DNA of 64,000 nt, from positions 1 to 64,000 of the forward strand of contig ADNK01000021.1 in assembly GCA_000320545.1 (NCBI GenBank), written 5' to 3'. A model generated the notes under the pieces. That model saw nothing but the letters and a program-made list of their open reading frames with translations. It did not search any database and was not told the DNA's origin. Below, one piece after another: positions 1 to 14,541 of the stretch. The position numbers and the translations under genes are program-made. How positions within the stretch are numbered: position 1 is the stretch's first letter; every line of letters starts with the position of its first letter. The DNA is from Bigelowiella natans CCMP2755. Lineage: Eukaryota > Protista > Cercozoa.

Positions 1-611
1 TGAAGTAGATGCCAGCGAACAGAATAGCAGTTGACAAGAAACTCTGGATCAGGAACGATGGCGATACCTGGCGACGTGCGAGGGGAGGATCATGGATGAT
101 GAGAAGAAGTGCCCTTTCCATCATCATCATCATCATCATCATTATCATTATCATCGTCATCACCCACTCCGGCAGGATGTATGTATTATCATCAATCCAT
201 CTTACGATATGCGAAACTAGGCAAGCACAACGGCATCATCTGCTGCAGCACGGGCACCTCGTTCGAGTTCGCCTTTTGCACCAGTCGAGTCGACGTGAGC
301 AAGATCATAAACATCATCAGCACTTGGACCGTTATGCTCTAATATGCAGATATGTAAATATCAATGTAAGTATGCATGTATGCATGCGGCGGAAGGGTGA
401 GAAGAAGAAGAAGAAGAAGAAGAAGAAGAAGAAGAAGAAGAAAAGGATGTGTAGATATGCACATCCCCCCCCCCTTGACCCTATTTTTTTGTGGCAAACG
501 TCCTTTTAGTTCCCTACACCCCCCCCCCCCCCCGGCTATTGTTACCTGCACTGATATCGAGAAGTAGAGCAAGGTCCCTGGAAGAATACAGCAAACAGAT
601 CGGGAAAAGTG

Positions 612-652
<41 letters not shown>

Positions 653-1675
653 GTAAAATACGAAAGCATACTCAGGATAAATATATTCGGAATGGTGATT
701 CAGGGTCGCGCGTTATCTGAGGCGAAAACTTAGATGATGCTTTTTATCTCTGCATGACGCCTTTATCATCATCGGTGTCCTCCGTAATAACATGAGGATT
801 TGCATGAATTATATCCATGATTATGTTGCAATGTTCTCGTCTTAGGGCAGCAGAATGGCGCTCCCTCCTCTCTTCTGCTTGCTATTATATATATATGGAG
901 GTGGCTCTCCATCATAGTTGTAGTTGGGAGGGTACCAGCGACAGCAAATACTTCATTGCTCTGATGTTCACTGTAGCTTCGAAACGCATTTCTGTTAAGA
1001 ATAGAAGGGTGGAAAGTGGCAGACGATGAGGAGGAGGGGAGGAGAGGCATTTGTCCTATGATTTCCAATTCCCTTTGTTCACGGTATTCTATCTTCTATG
1101 ACAATTACTGGTGGTGGTGGTGGTGGTGGTGGTGGTGGTAGTAGTAGTAGTGGCAGGAGTAGGAGGAGGTAGAGGAGGAGGAGGAGGAGGAGAAAGAGCA
1201 GAGATAAGACCGTACTTATTTATGAGCATGAGTGTGAAGTAGATGCCAGCGAACAGAATAGCAGTTGACAAGAAACTCTGGATCAGGAACGATGGCGATA
1301 CCTGGCGACGTGCGAGGGGAGGATCATGGATGATGAGAAGAAGTGCCCTTTCCATCATCATCATCATCATCATCATTATCATTATCATCGTCATCACCCA
1401 CTCCGGCAGGATGTATGTATTATCATCAATCCATCTTACGATATGCGAAACTAGGCAAGCACAACGGCATCATCTGCTGCAGCACGGGCACCTCGTTCGA
1501 GTTCGCCTTTTGCACCAGTCGAGTCGACGTGAGCAAGATCATAAACATCATCAGCACTTGGACCGTTATGCTCTAATATGCAGATATGTAAATATCAATG
1601 TAAGTATGCATGTATGCATGCGGCGGAAGGGTGAGAAGAAGAAGAAGAAGAAGAAGAAGAAGAAGAAGAAGAAGA
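1..1675. repeat. Direct duplication with a 1234 bp period: 1-~441 matches 1235-~1675 and ends in a (GAA)n tract
   Basis: Same sequence and same ORF translations (9..509 vs 1243..1713; 109..342 vs 1343..1576). Confidence 0.95.
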
Positions 1676-1758
1676 ATAAGGAGAATAGCAGCATGTGTCC
1701 GTCCGCAGCATAACATGAATTGGTAGATATTGTTGCTTGCGAGCCACTGTCACAAGAA

Positions 1759-1796
<38 letters not shown>

Positions 1797-3166
1797 GTTA
1801 TTTTCTACTGCTACTGCTGTCTCGTAGTACCCCAATAATGGCTGGCACATCCTTCTCCGTCCCTTCATCGAACGGGTTATTCTCACCCAGGAAGATGGAC
1901 ACAGCGATCATCTCCACACACACGCTGAGTTTTGGTGGTTTTGCCAGACGGCACATTGTTACTATATCATACTTCTTCTTCGAAAAGGATTCTCTTACGG
2001 CAATAATACCTGACGAGGAAAAGAAAGCGAATCGCCAGCTTCCGCGTATATTCAAAGCCAGGCACCTTTTTGGTTGTTCGGGAAGCGACGACGACGACGA
2101 CGACGTGAGTACTACGTCATTACGATATGATGGGACAGCAAGATGATGCGAAACCCGATGTATCACTACGTGGCATGCATTGCAGATGTGCCTATTATCT
2201 ATCGGTATCATATATGCTTCAGCGAAAACTACTATACACAGCAGCTACACACTTTGGTGCGCAGCCACTTGAATACTCGTCCGAGAGCACCTAACGATCG
2301 TTATTGTTGTTGTAAATTGAATCGGTGTATTCATTCATTCATTCATTCTTCTTCTTCTTCTTGCACCAGAATGCCAAACAAACACTTATCGTCATGGTTC
2401 AAGGACAACAATATAAGACATCCAAATGAGGAAAAATCTCTCAAATACACCCCAAAGTGTTCGCTCTCAAGAGCAGGAAAAAGGGGAGGGGGAGGGAGAC
2501 GGGATACGGATAGCAACAGCGGAGACAAGGACGGCAGAAGAATAAAAATTATTGCGCGCATAGATACAATACACACGTACACACGCTTGGATTATAGTCC
2601 TTCACGTAGTTTACGAGTTGATTTCCATATTCAGCAGCAGCAATTTGTGCCAAATATCAAGCTGTATTTTATTTCTCTCGCTCCCGCCCCCTTCCTGTAC
2701 TAATCCCGTCCCTCCTCCTCCTCCTCCTCCTCCTCCTCCTCCTCCTCCCCCCCTCTATCATGTCTTCTCGCTTTCTCCTTCCTCTAAGCAATCCATACCT
2801 CTTCTCGGCCGGAAGTTGCTGCGATTGAGCTCTGCTAGGATTTGGTTGCGCTGAGAAGTATCAGAGGGATATGCAGTGTCATATATCATCATCATCATTG
2901 TCGTCGTCGTCGTCGTCGTCGTCGTGGTGCTGCAGTTGAACTTAGTAGTAGTAGTAGTAGTGGTAGTAGTGGTGGTAGTAGTATGAGAACGTCGAATAGG
3001 AGGAGGCACTTTGCAACAACAACAGTAGTCATAGCAGCAGCGAAAATATAGTGCTTGTTTTTGTTATAGACGACCTCACGGAATTGGTGCAGGCATATCA
3101 CGAAGAAGCCAACATTATAGCTGTAGCAGTAGTAGGGAAGAATAGAATAATAGGATAGTAGTAGTC

Positions 3167-3197
<31 letters not shown>

Positions 3198-3431
3198 GGT
3201 GGGTTGATGAGAGGATGAGGAGAGAGACAGACACGAGAAGAAGAAGAAGAAGAAGAAGAGAGGACGAAAATACGATCAACATTCACAATGGTGATATGAA
3301 AGAAGAGGATTCTCGATTTGTCGTTGTTTGTGGTCAGTGTAGGAGAGCCTCCTTTTCTCCACGCTATCCCTGCTTGATATCCAATCCTTCCACTGCTAAC
3401 CAGCGTTATTCTCAATATCCTGTTACTTTTT

Positions 3432-3478
<47 letters not shown>

Positions 3479-3828
3479 CTCACATACATCATCCCGACGA
3501 GCATTTGAATGGAGGAAAGCGTGACCGCCGCCCAATGGTTCGCGACGACATCACCGAAACCGACTCCAGTCATTGTCGCGGTCGAGAAATATAGGCAACG
3601 AATTCCTGTATGCGTGTATGTATGTGTGTATGTTATTGAGTACACACGTATAAACGAGCAAATCACTGGGAGGGGGGGGGGGGTTGCATAAGTAGCTGGT
3701 CGATTGATTGCTGCTCATTGGGAGGAGTGCTGCTCATTTGTTGTGTGATTGTGATTGGAGTGTATATATAGTATTGTATCTGGCGCATGACTGCATATTT
3801 AGATAATATGTACACAGACAAATACCAA

Positions 3829-3864
<36 letters not shown>

Positions 3865-6010
3865 ACCCATAATCAGCACGTCAGGTTGCTCGAAATCATC
3901 TTCCATTCCTGTGAATACACCACAACGTGGCAAAGTTACGTTGTATTACGACAGCAAAACGTCGTGTCCTTACGTCATCAAATGCTCCTCCCTCTCTCCA
4001 ATCATCATCATCATCATCCTTATCATCATCGTCACCACCCTCTACTTGCAGAGTACTACCAGTTCGTATTATGGAGGATTGATCTACGGTGCAGATGAGA
4101 AAATACGCCTGCATGATGATAATATTGTAGCCAACGGTCAAGACTATCATCGTAAATGACAACACAAAGAAGCACAGGACGGTGGGAGAATGCGTGTGTG
4201 TGTGTGTGTGTGTGTGTGTCAGACCCCTGCAAAAGCGGAGAGGGTGGCGAAGAAGACTTTGAACATGTTGCTAAGGAAGCAAGGGGCGTGTTAATTTCAC
4301 ATCAGAGCAACGGGTTCTATTACAAACCAAACCCCATATCACCAAATCTTTTCTTCTTACCGACGAGGACTCGAATTCACACACCCTCACTACGCACGTA
4401 CGCACACCATGCAGGAAGTATCACAAAAGAATTATGACAAACCCTTCCCTTCTAAATCGCACATTCGTAGCATCACAACTCACGTCACCCTGGCTGCGAG
4501 AGATTGGACCGGAAGTCGCGTGCGATCTGGGTCGTCGACAAAAGGAGGTGGAGGAGCGAGGGGATTCAATGAATAGACAGAAACGCTTCGAGGGTCTCTC
4601 GACGATGGTAAAAAAAGCAGAGCAGTGTGTCTGAAGCTAATCAGATGCTGCGAAAAGGTGCGCTAAGCCATTACAAGTCAAAAACCACCAACAGTTCCCC
4701 CCCCCCCCCCCCCCCCCCGGTCTGACCCCCGTGTGGTTATCGAACATCTCATCCTCCTATCAAGACCTGAATTGTCGCGAAGATGACCATTCCGCATGCA
4801 ACGCACTGGATCACGGCGCATAAGCTGGAGGACATACATATACAATAACAACAACAACAACAATATTCAGACTAAGAATGTCTTTAGCTGCAAAGCCTGT
4901 TTTGTTCTCTCTCTTGATAATTTTGGTGTTTTTCTGCTGTCCCCCCTCTATAATCTCATCTTGCCTCCCTCTGTACATCTTCTAGTTGTACTCAATCACC
5001 ACCACCATCACCATCGTCGATCGACCATCTTTTGTAATGCAGGACAGCGATGAGGGCTGCGATTCGCTAGATTAAATACCTGATGATGAGAGCAGCATCT
5101 TCAGGATATGGACCGTCGTCCTCACCCCCCTTGTCGCCTTTATGATGGTATCCACCCTTCTTCGCGCCAAAGTAAGCCGGATTTATCAGGTAGACGGACA
5201 TGACCATGAGTGCCTGACATGTACAAACACGACAACGACAACGACAACAACAACGACAAAGACCTCACTATTGTGCTAGCGATAATCCCCATTTGGATGC
5301 TTTGGTAGTAGCGATGGCAATAATGGTGGTTTTGAGTGGTGCTTGCTGCTATACTTGTCGAAAAATAAATGTATCCCGTTTGAAATAAGCTCTCCGAACT
5401 TACAAGCTTATGCAAGGAACGCGCGGGCTTACTCACCTCGAGCAGAATAGAGACAGACATCCCCCCCGTGTAGCATACCAACGCCAAACTAGCATGCCAA
5501 CCGCTAAATAGAAGTCAAAATAATCCATCTTCATCAATGTCATACATGGAAAGAAGAGAAATGAAGAAATCACAAATGGATGGTGTCATGATTATCATTA
5601 TCATTAATTTGTATTTGCCGGCACCTTCCATGTGTCATTCGTCTCCAAATCCGCTCCAGGTACTTGCGTTGAGAGAAATAAAAAAAAAAAACCATTATCC
5701 ACAAGGGATTCCAAAAGATTTCAGTATTAGAAAGGTTTTTTGCCCAGAATTGTCGCGAATTTACACTCTTATGGCCAACAACTCAAAAGCTAAAATTACA
5801 CACCCTTGTTTCCACATCGGTACTGTCATCATCCTCCTCGTGCTCGATTCTCATTCCCGTTTTAAAGTCACCATCTACGATGATGACATCCTGGCTCCAG
5901 CGCGTCCTCTTTGTCATTGGAGGTACAAGGAGAGATGTGTCTGCTTCTTCCTTTGCTCCTCCTCCTTCAACATCCTTTTCCTTCCGGGGATTGTCCGTCG
6001 TAGTACTCAT
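1..6010 (-). CDS. Multi-exon K+-channel-like membrane protein (Ion_trans_2-type, probably two pore domains); 3' end runs off the window start
   Basis: Exon ~3488-3606 encodes RCLYFSTATMTGVGFGDVVANHWAAVTLSSIQMLVGMM (pore helix, filter, TM). TM exon at ~4030-4165. A second module reads SPSFLIQSFLSTAILFAGIYFTLMLINK ... NAF ... GTLLYFSISVQ (~1300 to 546). Putative first exon 6010-5805. Confidence 0.7.
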
Positions 6011-6843
6011 TCCATCGTTGCTCTTTGGGCCGAGTGCAAAGCTTGACTTGCTGCTGTCTCCTTTACGTTCTATAGTGTAGAAAGGATGCTGAACTTAATC
6101 GGTATCTTAATGATGGAGGTAAGCTTTCGTGTTACCATCTTCACTCTCAGTCATCCGCTCGTAATTGGGGGATTGCATTTGGAATCGATCCAATTCCATC
6201 CAATGCACTGATGCTTCCTTAGATAGCGTCACATTTCAATGGTCAGTCCACACACTCCCTCCTCTTCCCTCTTCTGTGTGTTGTGTTGTGTTGTGTGGTG
6301 TGGTGTGGTGTAGTGTGAGAGAAATGAAATGTGTGGGTGCACAAATTTTAAGTTGTGCCTACTCCCCAATCCTTGATGAATGACATGTAAAATACTCAAA
6401 ACGCACGAGCACGACGAGGTACCTTTGATAACCGGTAAGGAGAGAAGCTCCTCGGAATCCCCCCGCGTTTGAAAGGTCCTGCTCCTCCCCGCTGCTCGAG
6501 ATTCGCTGCTCGAGATGGGCTGGAACACAGATTCTTGCCGGTTTTTTTTGTTTTTACGCCAAGTACAAAACCTAGACGCATAGGAAATATCCAGGGCATT
6601 TTCGGTTTTTAAAAGTTCGCTTGCGACAAATTCATGTTGCTTTTGACCATTTCAAATGAACTGAAAATCACCAGATTGCTTGGTCCTGAAATTTGGCACT
6701 AAAAACAATGAAACTAGGAACGGAGGAGTGGCTACAGTGCCATTCTTGATTCCTTTTGGTTTCACTAGATAGTCCTCACTAAAGTTAGTTCGAGGCACTG
6801 CGTTTCGTACACTGCAAATGTCTTGCCACATTTTGGAAATGTA

Positions 6844-7975
6844 GTTCTTCATCATTGTTCATTGTTCATTGTTCATTGCTTGGCTAGATCCGGGTCCACT
6901 CTGCCGGCACCAAAAATTGTCTGACCACTCCAGTGGGCGTTTCGACTGATTTGACAATGTCTGGGGTCAGGCCAGTTCGTTGAGTGGCACACAAAGGGCT
7001 TGTTTGAGTCAAGCTAGCAAGGTGAGTGCCGCTTGGGTTCGTGTTTCCACGATGCTGCAGGGTTTCAAAAAGCAATGGAGCACACATTGACAAACGATGA
7101 AAAAGAACGTTGTCGTTTGTCAGGTGTTGGTGTTGGTTCAATTGTCAAATGGCACGATTTCTTCACGCGTGCAAGCGTTGACGAAACGTTGTTCAACACC
7201 AGGCGATGGCGCCTGAACTGCACTCTCAGTGATGTGCCGCAGCAAAGTGTCCAATTCAACGTTGTCAAGTGTTGTGCCACTTCCTTTCACGACACAAGGA
7301 AGCTGTCTCGCGATGCTGCCGAAGTTGCATGCAATGCTTCGGCTGCACTCTCGTTTCGTGCTGGTTGCTTGTCGCAGCCAGGCAGCTAGTGAACGCCCGC
7401 ACATTGCTCTGGCGCTCTGGCGCTGCTGCTGCTGCAACCACACGCTTCCCTGCGCGGTCCAGATGTGCAAGCACTCCTGCAACTGAGAAACTCCTTCTTG
7501 CCTGCGCGCCTTGGGGTCCAAGACAGGAGGAGTGTCATCCACTGACAATGAAGTCTGCAAGACTTTCCGCCGTGCAATCACAAGACTTGACGACCAAGCC
7601 AGTGGCAAGCTAGCAAGCCCCCAATTGATTCTTTCTTCACCTCGATTCACAGGTGTTGCTGGTCCGATGCTTCACTGCTTTGGACTGCTGTGAAACGTGT
7701 TGCTTCACACGATACTCTGCACAGCTCTTCTCCTCCTGCTACCAACAGCTTCCACCATGTTGCAGAATTGGCACGCGTCGTTCGTGTGTCTCCGACACAC
7801 GCTACTGTGACTGTCGTGCAATTGCTGGACGGCAGGCAACTGACTTCGACATGCTCTGGATGCTGCGCACATGCAGAGCATGGGCAATTGTTCGCATTGC
7901 ATTTTGTTTCTTCACATTTGCGTGCACACCAATGAATCACACGTTTGCACAAGCGATGAGGATGTGAGCATTTTT
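6844..7975. other. TpA-depleted island 1 (remnant of unknown origin)
   Basis: 6844-7712 has only 4 TA dinucleotides, all in GCTAG. Stacked ORFs with almost no Tyr in multiple frames. Confidence 0.9.
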
Positions 7976-8049
7976 AGATGTTGGCTGTTCAATCAATCCC
8001 GCAATCGGGCTCACATCAGACACATTAATCATTGACTATCTTAACAATT

Positions 8050-8720
8050 TCATTTTGCGATCTGCTGCAAGATTGCTTGAGTAATAGTGCAAGAATGTAC
8101 TCCAGAACTCTCCATGAAGTCCGAAAATAAGCCCAATGTCAACATCGCCTTTCGTTTATGCTCTTCAGTACCTTGAACAGCAGAATTGTGAGGGCATTAG
8201 TGTTTGCTTATAGGCATGACTTTAGTTCAAGTATCTTTGTAGATACACATCACACATCACACACACACACACACACATTGTATGTGGGTGTGTGACAAGT
8301 ACTTAATATGCATATGTGCTCAAATTTCAATCTGTCTATGCTGCTCACCTGTCAAACGATACAGTCGCAACAAATTCTCACAAGAAACTCCGCTCGGATT
8401 CGGGCCATACTCATCTCCCTGAAAAGAAGGTTGTGGCTTCATGTGTGGTTTGCGTGGCAAATTCGTAGCAAAACGCTGCAGATCGAGAACTGAAAATCAC
8501 CATACTACCAACAAATAACCTTGCAAAACGAATGCAAATTACTCATTTTTGCCTATATACGAACAAGCACAAAAACGATACGTTATCCTGACATACCTCC
8601 TCCTTTAAGCGGAGAAGCACTTTTGGGTTCTCAAATCTGGCATTTCCAGTCCAATATCCGCCATGTCTAACATGTATATCAAATTCAAAAGTCAAAACGT
8701 AGTACTATGTACGAATAAGG

Positions 8721-8762
<42 letters not shown>

Positions 8763-9502
8763 CTGAGAAGATAGAGCCATCTACCAAATGCCACAACAAG
8801 AATTGGTCGAAGTAGATGATGATCTTACGTATGTGTGTATGTGTGTGTGTGTGTGTGTGTGTGGTCATCGAAGCATGTACGACAAACCGATGATCGAAGA
8901 ATTGGGCATCCTGTCGTTGTTGTACTCTGATGGTAAGCGAAAACCAAACACATCAAAATAGCTATCAAACACAGAGATACAGATATTATTCCCTCTACGA
9001 AATACCCCTATCTTATCAAAAGACCAGAGCAGAAGAATACATGGAGAAAGCTCTTTAAACACGTCACTTACAACGCAAAGGAGGACAACATCATCAGGAG
9101 AGCATCAACTACCGAACGGCCCACTTGAGGTAACAATCTTCCCCGAGATGTCGCGGCGGCGGCGTCCCCCCCCCCAACTCGTGCATGTCTAGAAGAGCCC
9201 TCACGAAATATGCATAGTCGGTGATGGAGGGTGGAGCTCCCGATGAAGCGGACGTCCTTCGTTCACGAACGTACGTGCGAACGAGTGGGAGGCCAACGTC
9301 ATCATCACCATGATCATCATAGCTTTGATAACGTCGTCGGGTATCATCACTATCATCTTTGTTGTCCCCATGGCCATCCATATAACCGCTGCCGTTGTTG
9401 TCGCCCCCTCCTCCAGAGCACATGAATTTCTTCATTCCACCTGTGAAGGGTATCAAATGTGCAGATTTGCGTTTAGATCTCTCGCTATCGTTCAAGGGCC
9501 CG

Positions 9503-9539
<37 letters not shown>

Positions 9540-9897
9540 TTTTCCTTGGATCTCTTCCCTTGAATCTCTTTACTTGAATCTGCACGTGGATGATGATATT
9601 GTCTCACTACCTAAAATAGCTGTCGCTTCTGAGAGCACCTCATCCTCATCCTCATGTGATAACCGATGAAAGATCCAGCTGACAATACCTTCCCGGGCAG
9701 CAAGGCCATCGTAGAGCATCGACGAAGAAGAAGGTATTGCCTTTTTCACAAGCCGCAGTAGCTGTTTAAGGTGTATCATCCACACGACGAAGAAGGCAAC
9801 AAACATGAGCGCGAGCTCAGAATCATCGATTATCATCGTCCATTTTTATATTTCTCTTCATCACAAATCGTTTAGTGCGTGAAAATCGTTTACACAT

Positions 9898-9944
<47 letters not shown>

Positions 9945-12031
9945 TTGTAATTCGAGATCAAACGCACCAATATCACCCTACAGAGAGCCGAAACGGCGAG
10001 AGCATTCCAAGCAAATACAGCCTGCGTAGTTTTAGGGAAAAAAAAGAGGGAAAGGGATCCTAATGGACGTTTGGATAGATGGCTATTTAGAGGGAGAAAT
10101 CACAAGCACAATATTGTGTGTGCACCGCACGCACTATGACGGAATAGTCATCACCGATTTGTCTAGGATCCCATTCTTCGGTTTGATTGTCCTCGAGCTT
10201 CTTCTCAGCTGCTCCTATCACAAAGAAAGCATAAAGAAAGCATTAGGTATACATAGTAGTGTGAGCGAGAAAGGGATGATATACTGACAGGTTTCTCTCT
10301 CTCCCCCCCCCCCCCCTCCAAGTCACCCCATGTAACATAGTCCATGACAAATATATCTATGCATTCATAGCGGCAGCAGCACCACCGCGGAAGACATCCA
10401 GCCAGGATCACCTTTACAGCTTGTATCGCGTGTGCAATCGACGTGTGGCTTTTGTTCAGCTTCAGCGCCAGATCCTACAAACACAAAAGAAGTATTACAA
10501 GACCGTACCCCTATGCTGTGCTTTCATCAAGGCGTGACCTCTATCGAGTATTTAGGGGCAAGCAAGCGCCCGTTGGGCAATGGCGACATCGGCGATTTTC
10601 GAGCCCCCGACTGAAACGAGAATATTCACAGGAGAGCAGAGATAAGGAGGAGGAGAAGGAGGAGGAGAAGAGACGTTAATACAGGTTCCTTCATGCTGTT
10701 TCAGAATAATAAAAAAGGATTCCATAAATCCCTCCATGGGGATAAGAGAACATAGCGATGATGACTCCGGCTCTGCGAAACGCCTCATGATCGGTTTGCC
10801 TCACAATTTTTCATCACACCGTACCTCCTCTTCTTGTTGTTGTTGTTGTTCCGCCGTGAACATGCCGAAGTATAGAGCAAACACACTTGCCTTCCACCGA
10901 GAATCAACCTACAGCAGGATGATTAATATAATATATCAAGACCGACGAGGCTACCCTCTATTCCTTCTTCTTCTGCAGCAGCTAAAGCATGGCATCCTGC
11001 TGGACATTCATTCATTCTTCGCACAAATAAACAGCACCCACCGCTAGTTTCAGGTCATGAAGCGTCCAGAAGTAGGGAGATCCCGGAGGCTTGTGTCCTG
11101 ATATTTTTTCTCCATCTTCATCATCGCCGCCGCTCGTAATGATGTTGTCAATTCTGTTGTCATCTCTGCCGTTGTTGCTGCTGCCCTCGTTCCCTGTACC
11201 ATTCATGCTGTTCGTCGCTATGCCCCTCCTCCTCCCTTTGTTTTTTGTTGGCTGAGCGGTAGCACCTCGGCCAGCCATCACAAGCTACAATCATTAAAAC
11301 CAAAGAATACATGGGGAGGTCAGCAGCAGCAGCCGACGTATTTTAAATGCTATTCTTGGAGTCGTTGACTAAGCAAAGCTTGATCACATGCATTCCATGA
11401 TGTTAGATAGTAGTAGTAGTATAGTAGTAGTATAGTAGTAGTAGTAGTAGTAGTAGCAGCCAAAAGTGTCGTGTTATACGTATATGCAACTATGGAGAGA
11501 AAAACAAGACGAGAAAGAGAGTGGAGAGGGCTCTAGAAATGATTGACCACATAATCTTCCCCATTTGCTGCAGTCTTCGCGGTTCCACTCTCCTTCTCCT
11601 CCTTCTCCATGTCAAGGTGGTAGTGATGATACTCCCAGTAGCTGCTATTCCTTCTCCGCCTTCTGTACAGAGAACGAATGTAATGGAGCGTGGAGAGCAT
11701 GCCCTCGCTAAGTGCATAGATAGTGGCGGGAGAAGGGGGATTGCAGTGCCTTTGAGCAGGAGGGTGAAGGGGAGGAGAAGGGGGGAGAGAATGTTGCTCA
11801 AGATCATTCACGATAGTTAAGTTGTTATGTTCCGTGAGAGCTGCTGCTGCCGCTGGCCAGTGGAGGCGAAGGTTATCCGCGAGATGATACAGAAGTAAGG
11901 CGTTCTTCGGACAGGGGAGGAAGGGTCAGAGCGGAGAGTGATGTTTGATTAGTAGTAGGAAAGTAAGTAGTAGTAGTAGTAGTAGCAGCAGTAGTAGTTT
12001 TCTTGGCCAGAACTCCTAGCTCTACTCATAT

Positions 12032-12073
<42 letters not shown>

Positions 12074-12083
12074 TCAAACATAG

Positions 12084-12123
<40 letters not shown>

Positions 12124-12371
12124 GCACACAAACATTAGCTTCCTAAATCTATCAGACCTCCCTGAGCGGCTTTTCGAATTCCGGATAGCTCCACTGGTGA
12201 GATGACGATGTGGTTGTTGTTGATGCACACGATACAACAAAAAGAAGGAGGAGGCATAGAAGAAGAAGAAGAAGAAGAAGAAGAAGAAGAAGAAATGTCT
12301 ATAAAGATAAGGAGACCACCTTCACCGGTGGATCGAAGCGTATTCGCTAATCATCGATGCACATCAAACTA

Positions 12372-12412
<41 letters not shown>

Positions 12413-12535
12413 ACTTGCCCATATCCTCACCTCCCCTCTGATTACGATGATGCAAAGTGTTGCGGAGTGTTACGATCTATTGCAGTGTTCTCCTTCCCCT
12501 TTTTGTCGTTTCTTGTATGTTTGTTTTGTGTTCGT

Positions 12536-12609
<74 letters not shown>

Positions 12610-12923
12610 ATTCTTCTTCCTAGCTGCTGCTGCTGCTTATGTGATGATGTTACCCCCTCGCTCAACGAGTGTCTGAAGGCACCTCCATTCACGTGGTCGA
12701 ATATTTCATTGGAGACGATGGCTTTAAGTGCACGCGTGGCAATGGCCAAGCTTTCCGATTGACTGGCGATGTTCTCGTGATATCTGCTTGGTGTCAGGAC
12801 GGGGAGGGAAGATGGTAAGAACCGGGGGGGGGAGAGGAGAAAGAAAGAGACCCTTCGTGTCGATGTACGTCTGATGTTGTTTGTGCGAATATGAGTGCAT
12901 GTGCGTGATTTTGTGTGTGTGTT

Positions 12924-12963
<40 letters not shown>

Positions 12964-13416
12964 CTGCATCATCGACCAACGACGCCAGCATCGACTTGTT
13001 AAACGACAACCAAGAACAACATACAACGATGTTCTTTGCGCTTTCAGTTCATATCACATCATATGATATTATATGCGGAAATAAGAGGGCAAAGGTGACC
13101 ATCAACATCACTACCTATGCAAGTAGCCGATGCGAGACAGGTGGAGAAACTTCATCGGCTTCGAGTCCAGGAAGCCTCCTAGATGGAGAGCGGGGGGAGG
13201 GGGCGGGGGAGGATGAGATGAAAAGCGAATTGGAATAAGAACCCTACTTTTTGCAGCGCAGGTCATCGCATGCTAGATGATGTGTAGAGAGCCAAATCGA
13301 AGAGGACTCAATGCTGCACTATGGCAAACAAACTATGTCGCAAATCATCTACTTGTGGATGTTGTCGTCAACTGCTCGTTTGTCTCCGACCATATACACA
13401 CTACAAGTACTACTGG

Positions 13417-13450
<34 letters not shown>

Positions 13451-14101
13451 GCTAATATGACGACCATATTTGGCATCTTCCATCCCCCTCAGCTCATTGA
13501 ACACCCTGTTATACACGTAATACATAGATACATGCATCATGTGGTAGTAGTAGTAGCAGCAGCAGCACCTCACGAAACGAATATATCATAACTGGAGCGT
13601 AAGGGGAGGAAGAGGAGGGGGGGAGGAGAAGGAGAAGAAGAAGAAGATGTAGCATGGCCTTCTTGGCCAGAATTAAATGAAATTGAATAGCATCACAACG
13701 CACAGCACCTCTCTGCAATCGCTTCTGCCTCAGTAGGCTGAATGTAATCTATATATCCGTCCCCGTCGCTATCTTCGTCTTCTTCAGCGCGAGTTATCCG
13801 CCCACTGAATGATAATCATGACCACGACGAGAAGGAGATGAACATGCATGCGGAGAAAGAGGGAGGGAGGGGGGGGGGGGGGAGAGAGAGAGAGAGAGAG
13901 GGAGAGAGCATTGAGGAGGGGGGCGAGAAGGGGGTGAAGAGACCAAGGGAAAGGAGGAATAACACGAGTCTTAAGAAAAACATCGTGTCGTAGCTCGTCT
14001 CTTTACTCGTGAATGCATGATCGACGTATCGAATATAAACGTACACAGTCATTTTGCAATAGGAGGGTATAATAGATGAAAGTAGTGATCATGATGAGGA
14101 A

Positions 14102-14135
<34 letters not shown>

Positions 14136-14507
14136 CTGCTGATAAACACAGGAAACATCAGATCGATTTTGTACTATATGCAACACACAGCAAATGCTCT
14201 CGTATCCCCTCCTGACTCTTTATTTCCTCTCCTCCTCCTTCACCCTTCCTCAAATTACTTTCGTCGGATGTCAATAGTGTGTTGCTTAGCGATTCTCTTC
14301 GTTCCCTGTGAATCTTGGACCCAGGCCTGGTGACCATCATATTATAGTATTAACGGCAATCGGTCAATCAAGGGGGGAAGGGGGAGGAGGAGCACTACAT
14401 GGTATATATATATAAGTAAGTAGTATAGGTGCCATCTACAGAGATTATTTGGTGATGTAGATGATTACGTCTGCTAGATTTGTTTATATAGACGACGATG
14501 ATAATGG

Positions 14508-14541
<34 letters not shown>

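Noticed and set aside
6884-7967. Dense stack of overlapping ORFs on both strands (also 55122-56471 and 37520-38134)
   Set aside because: A by-product of TA loss removing TAA/TAG stops. No recognisable protein and not evidence of overlapping genes.
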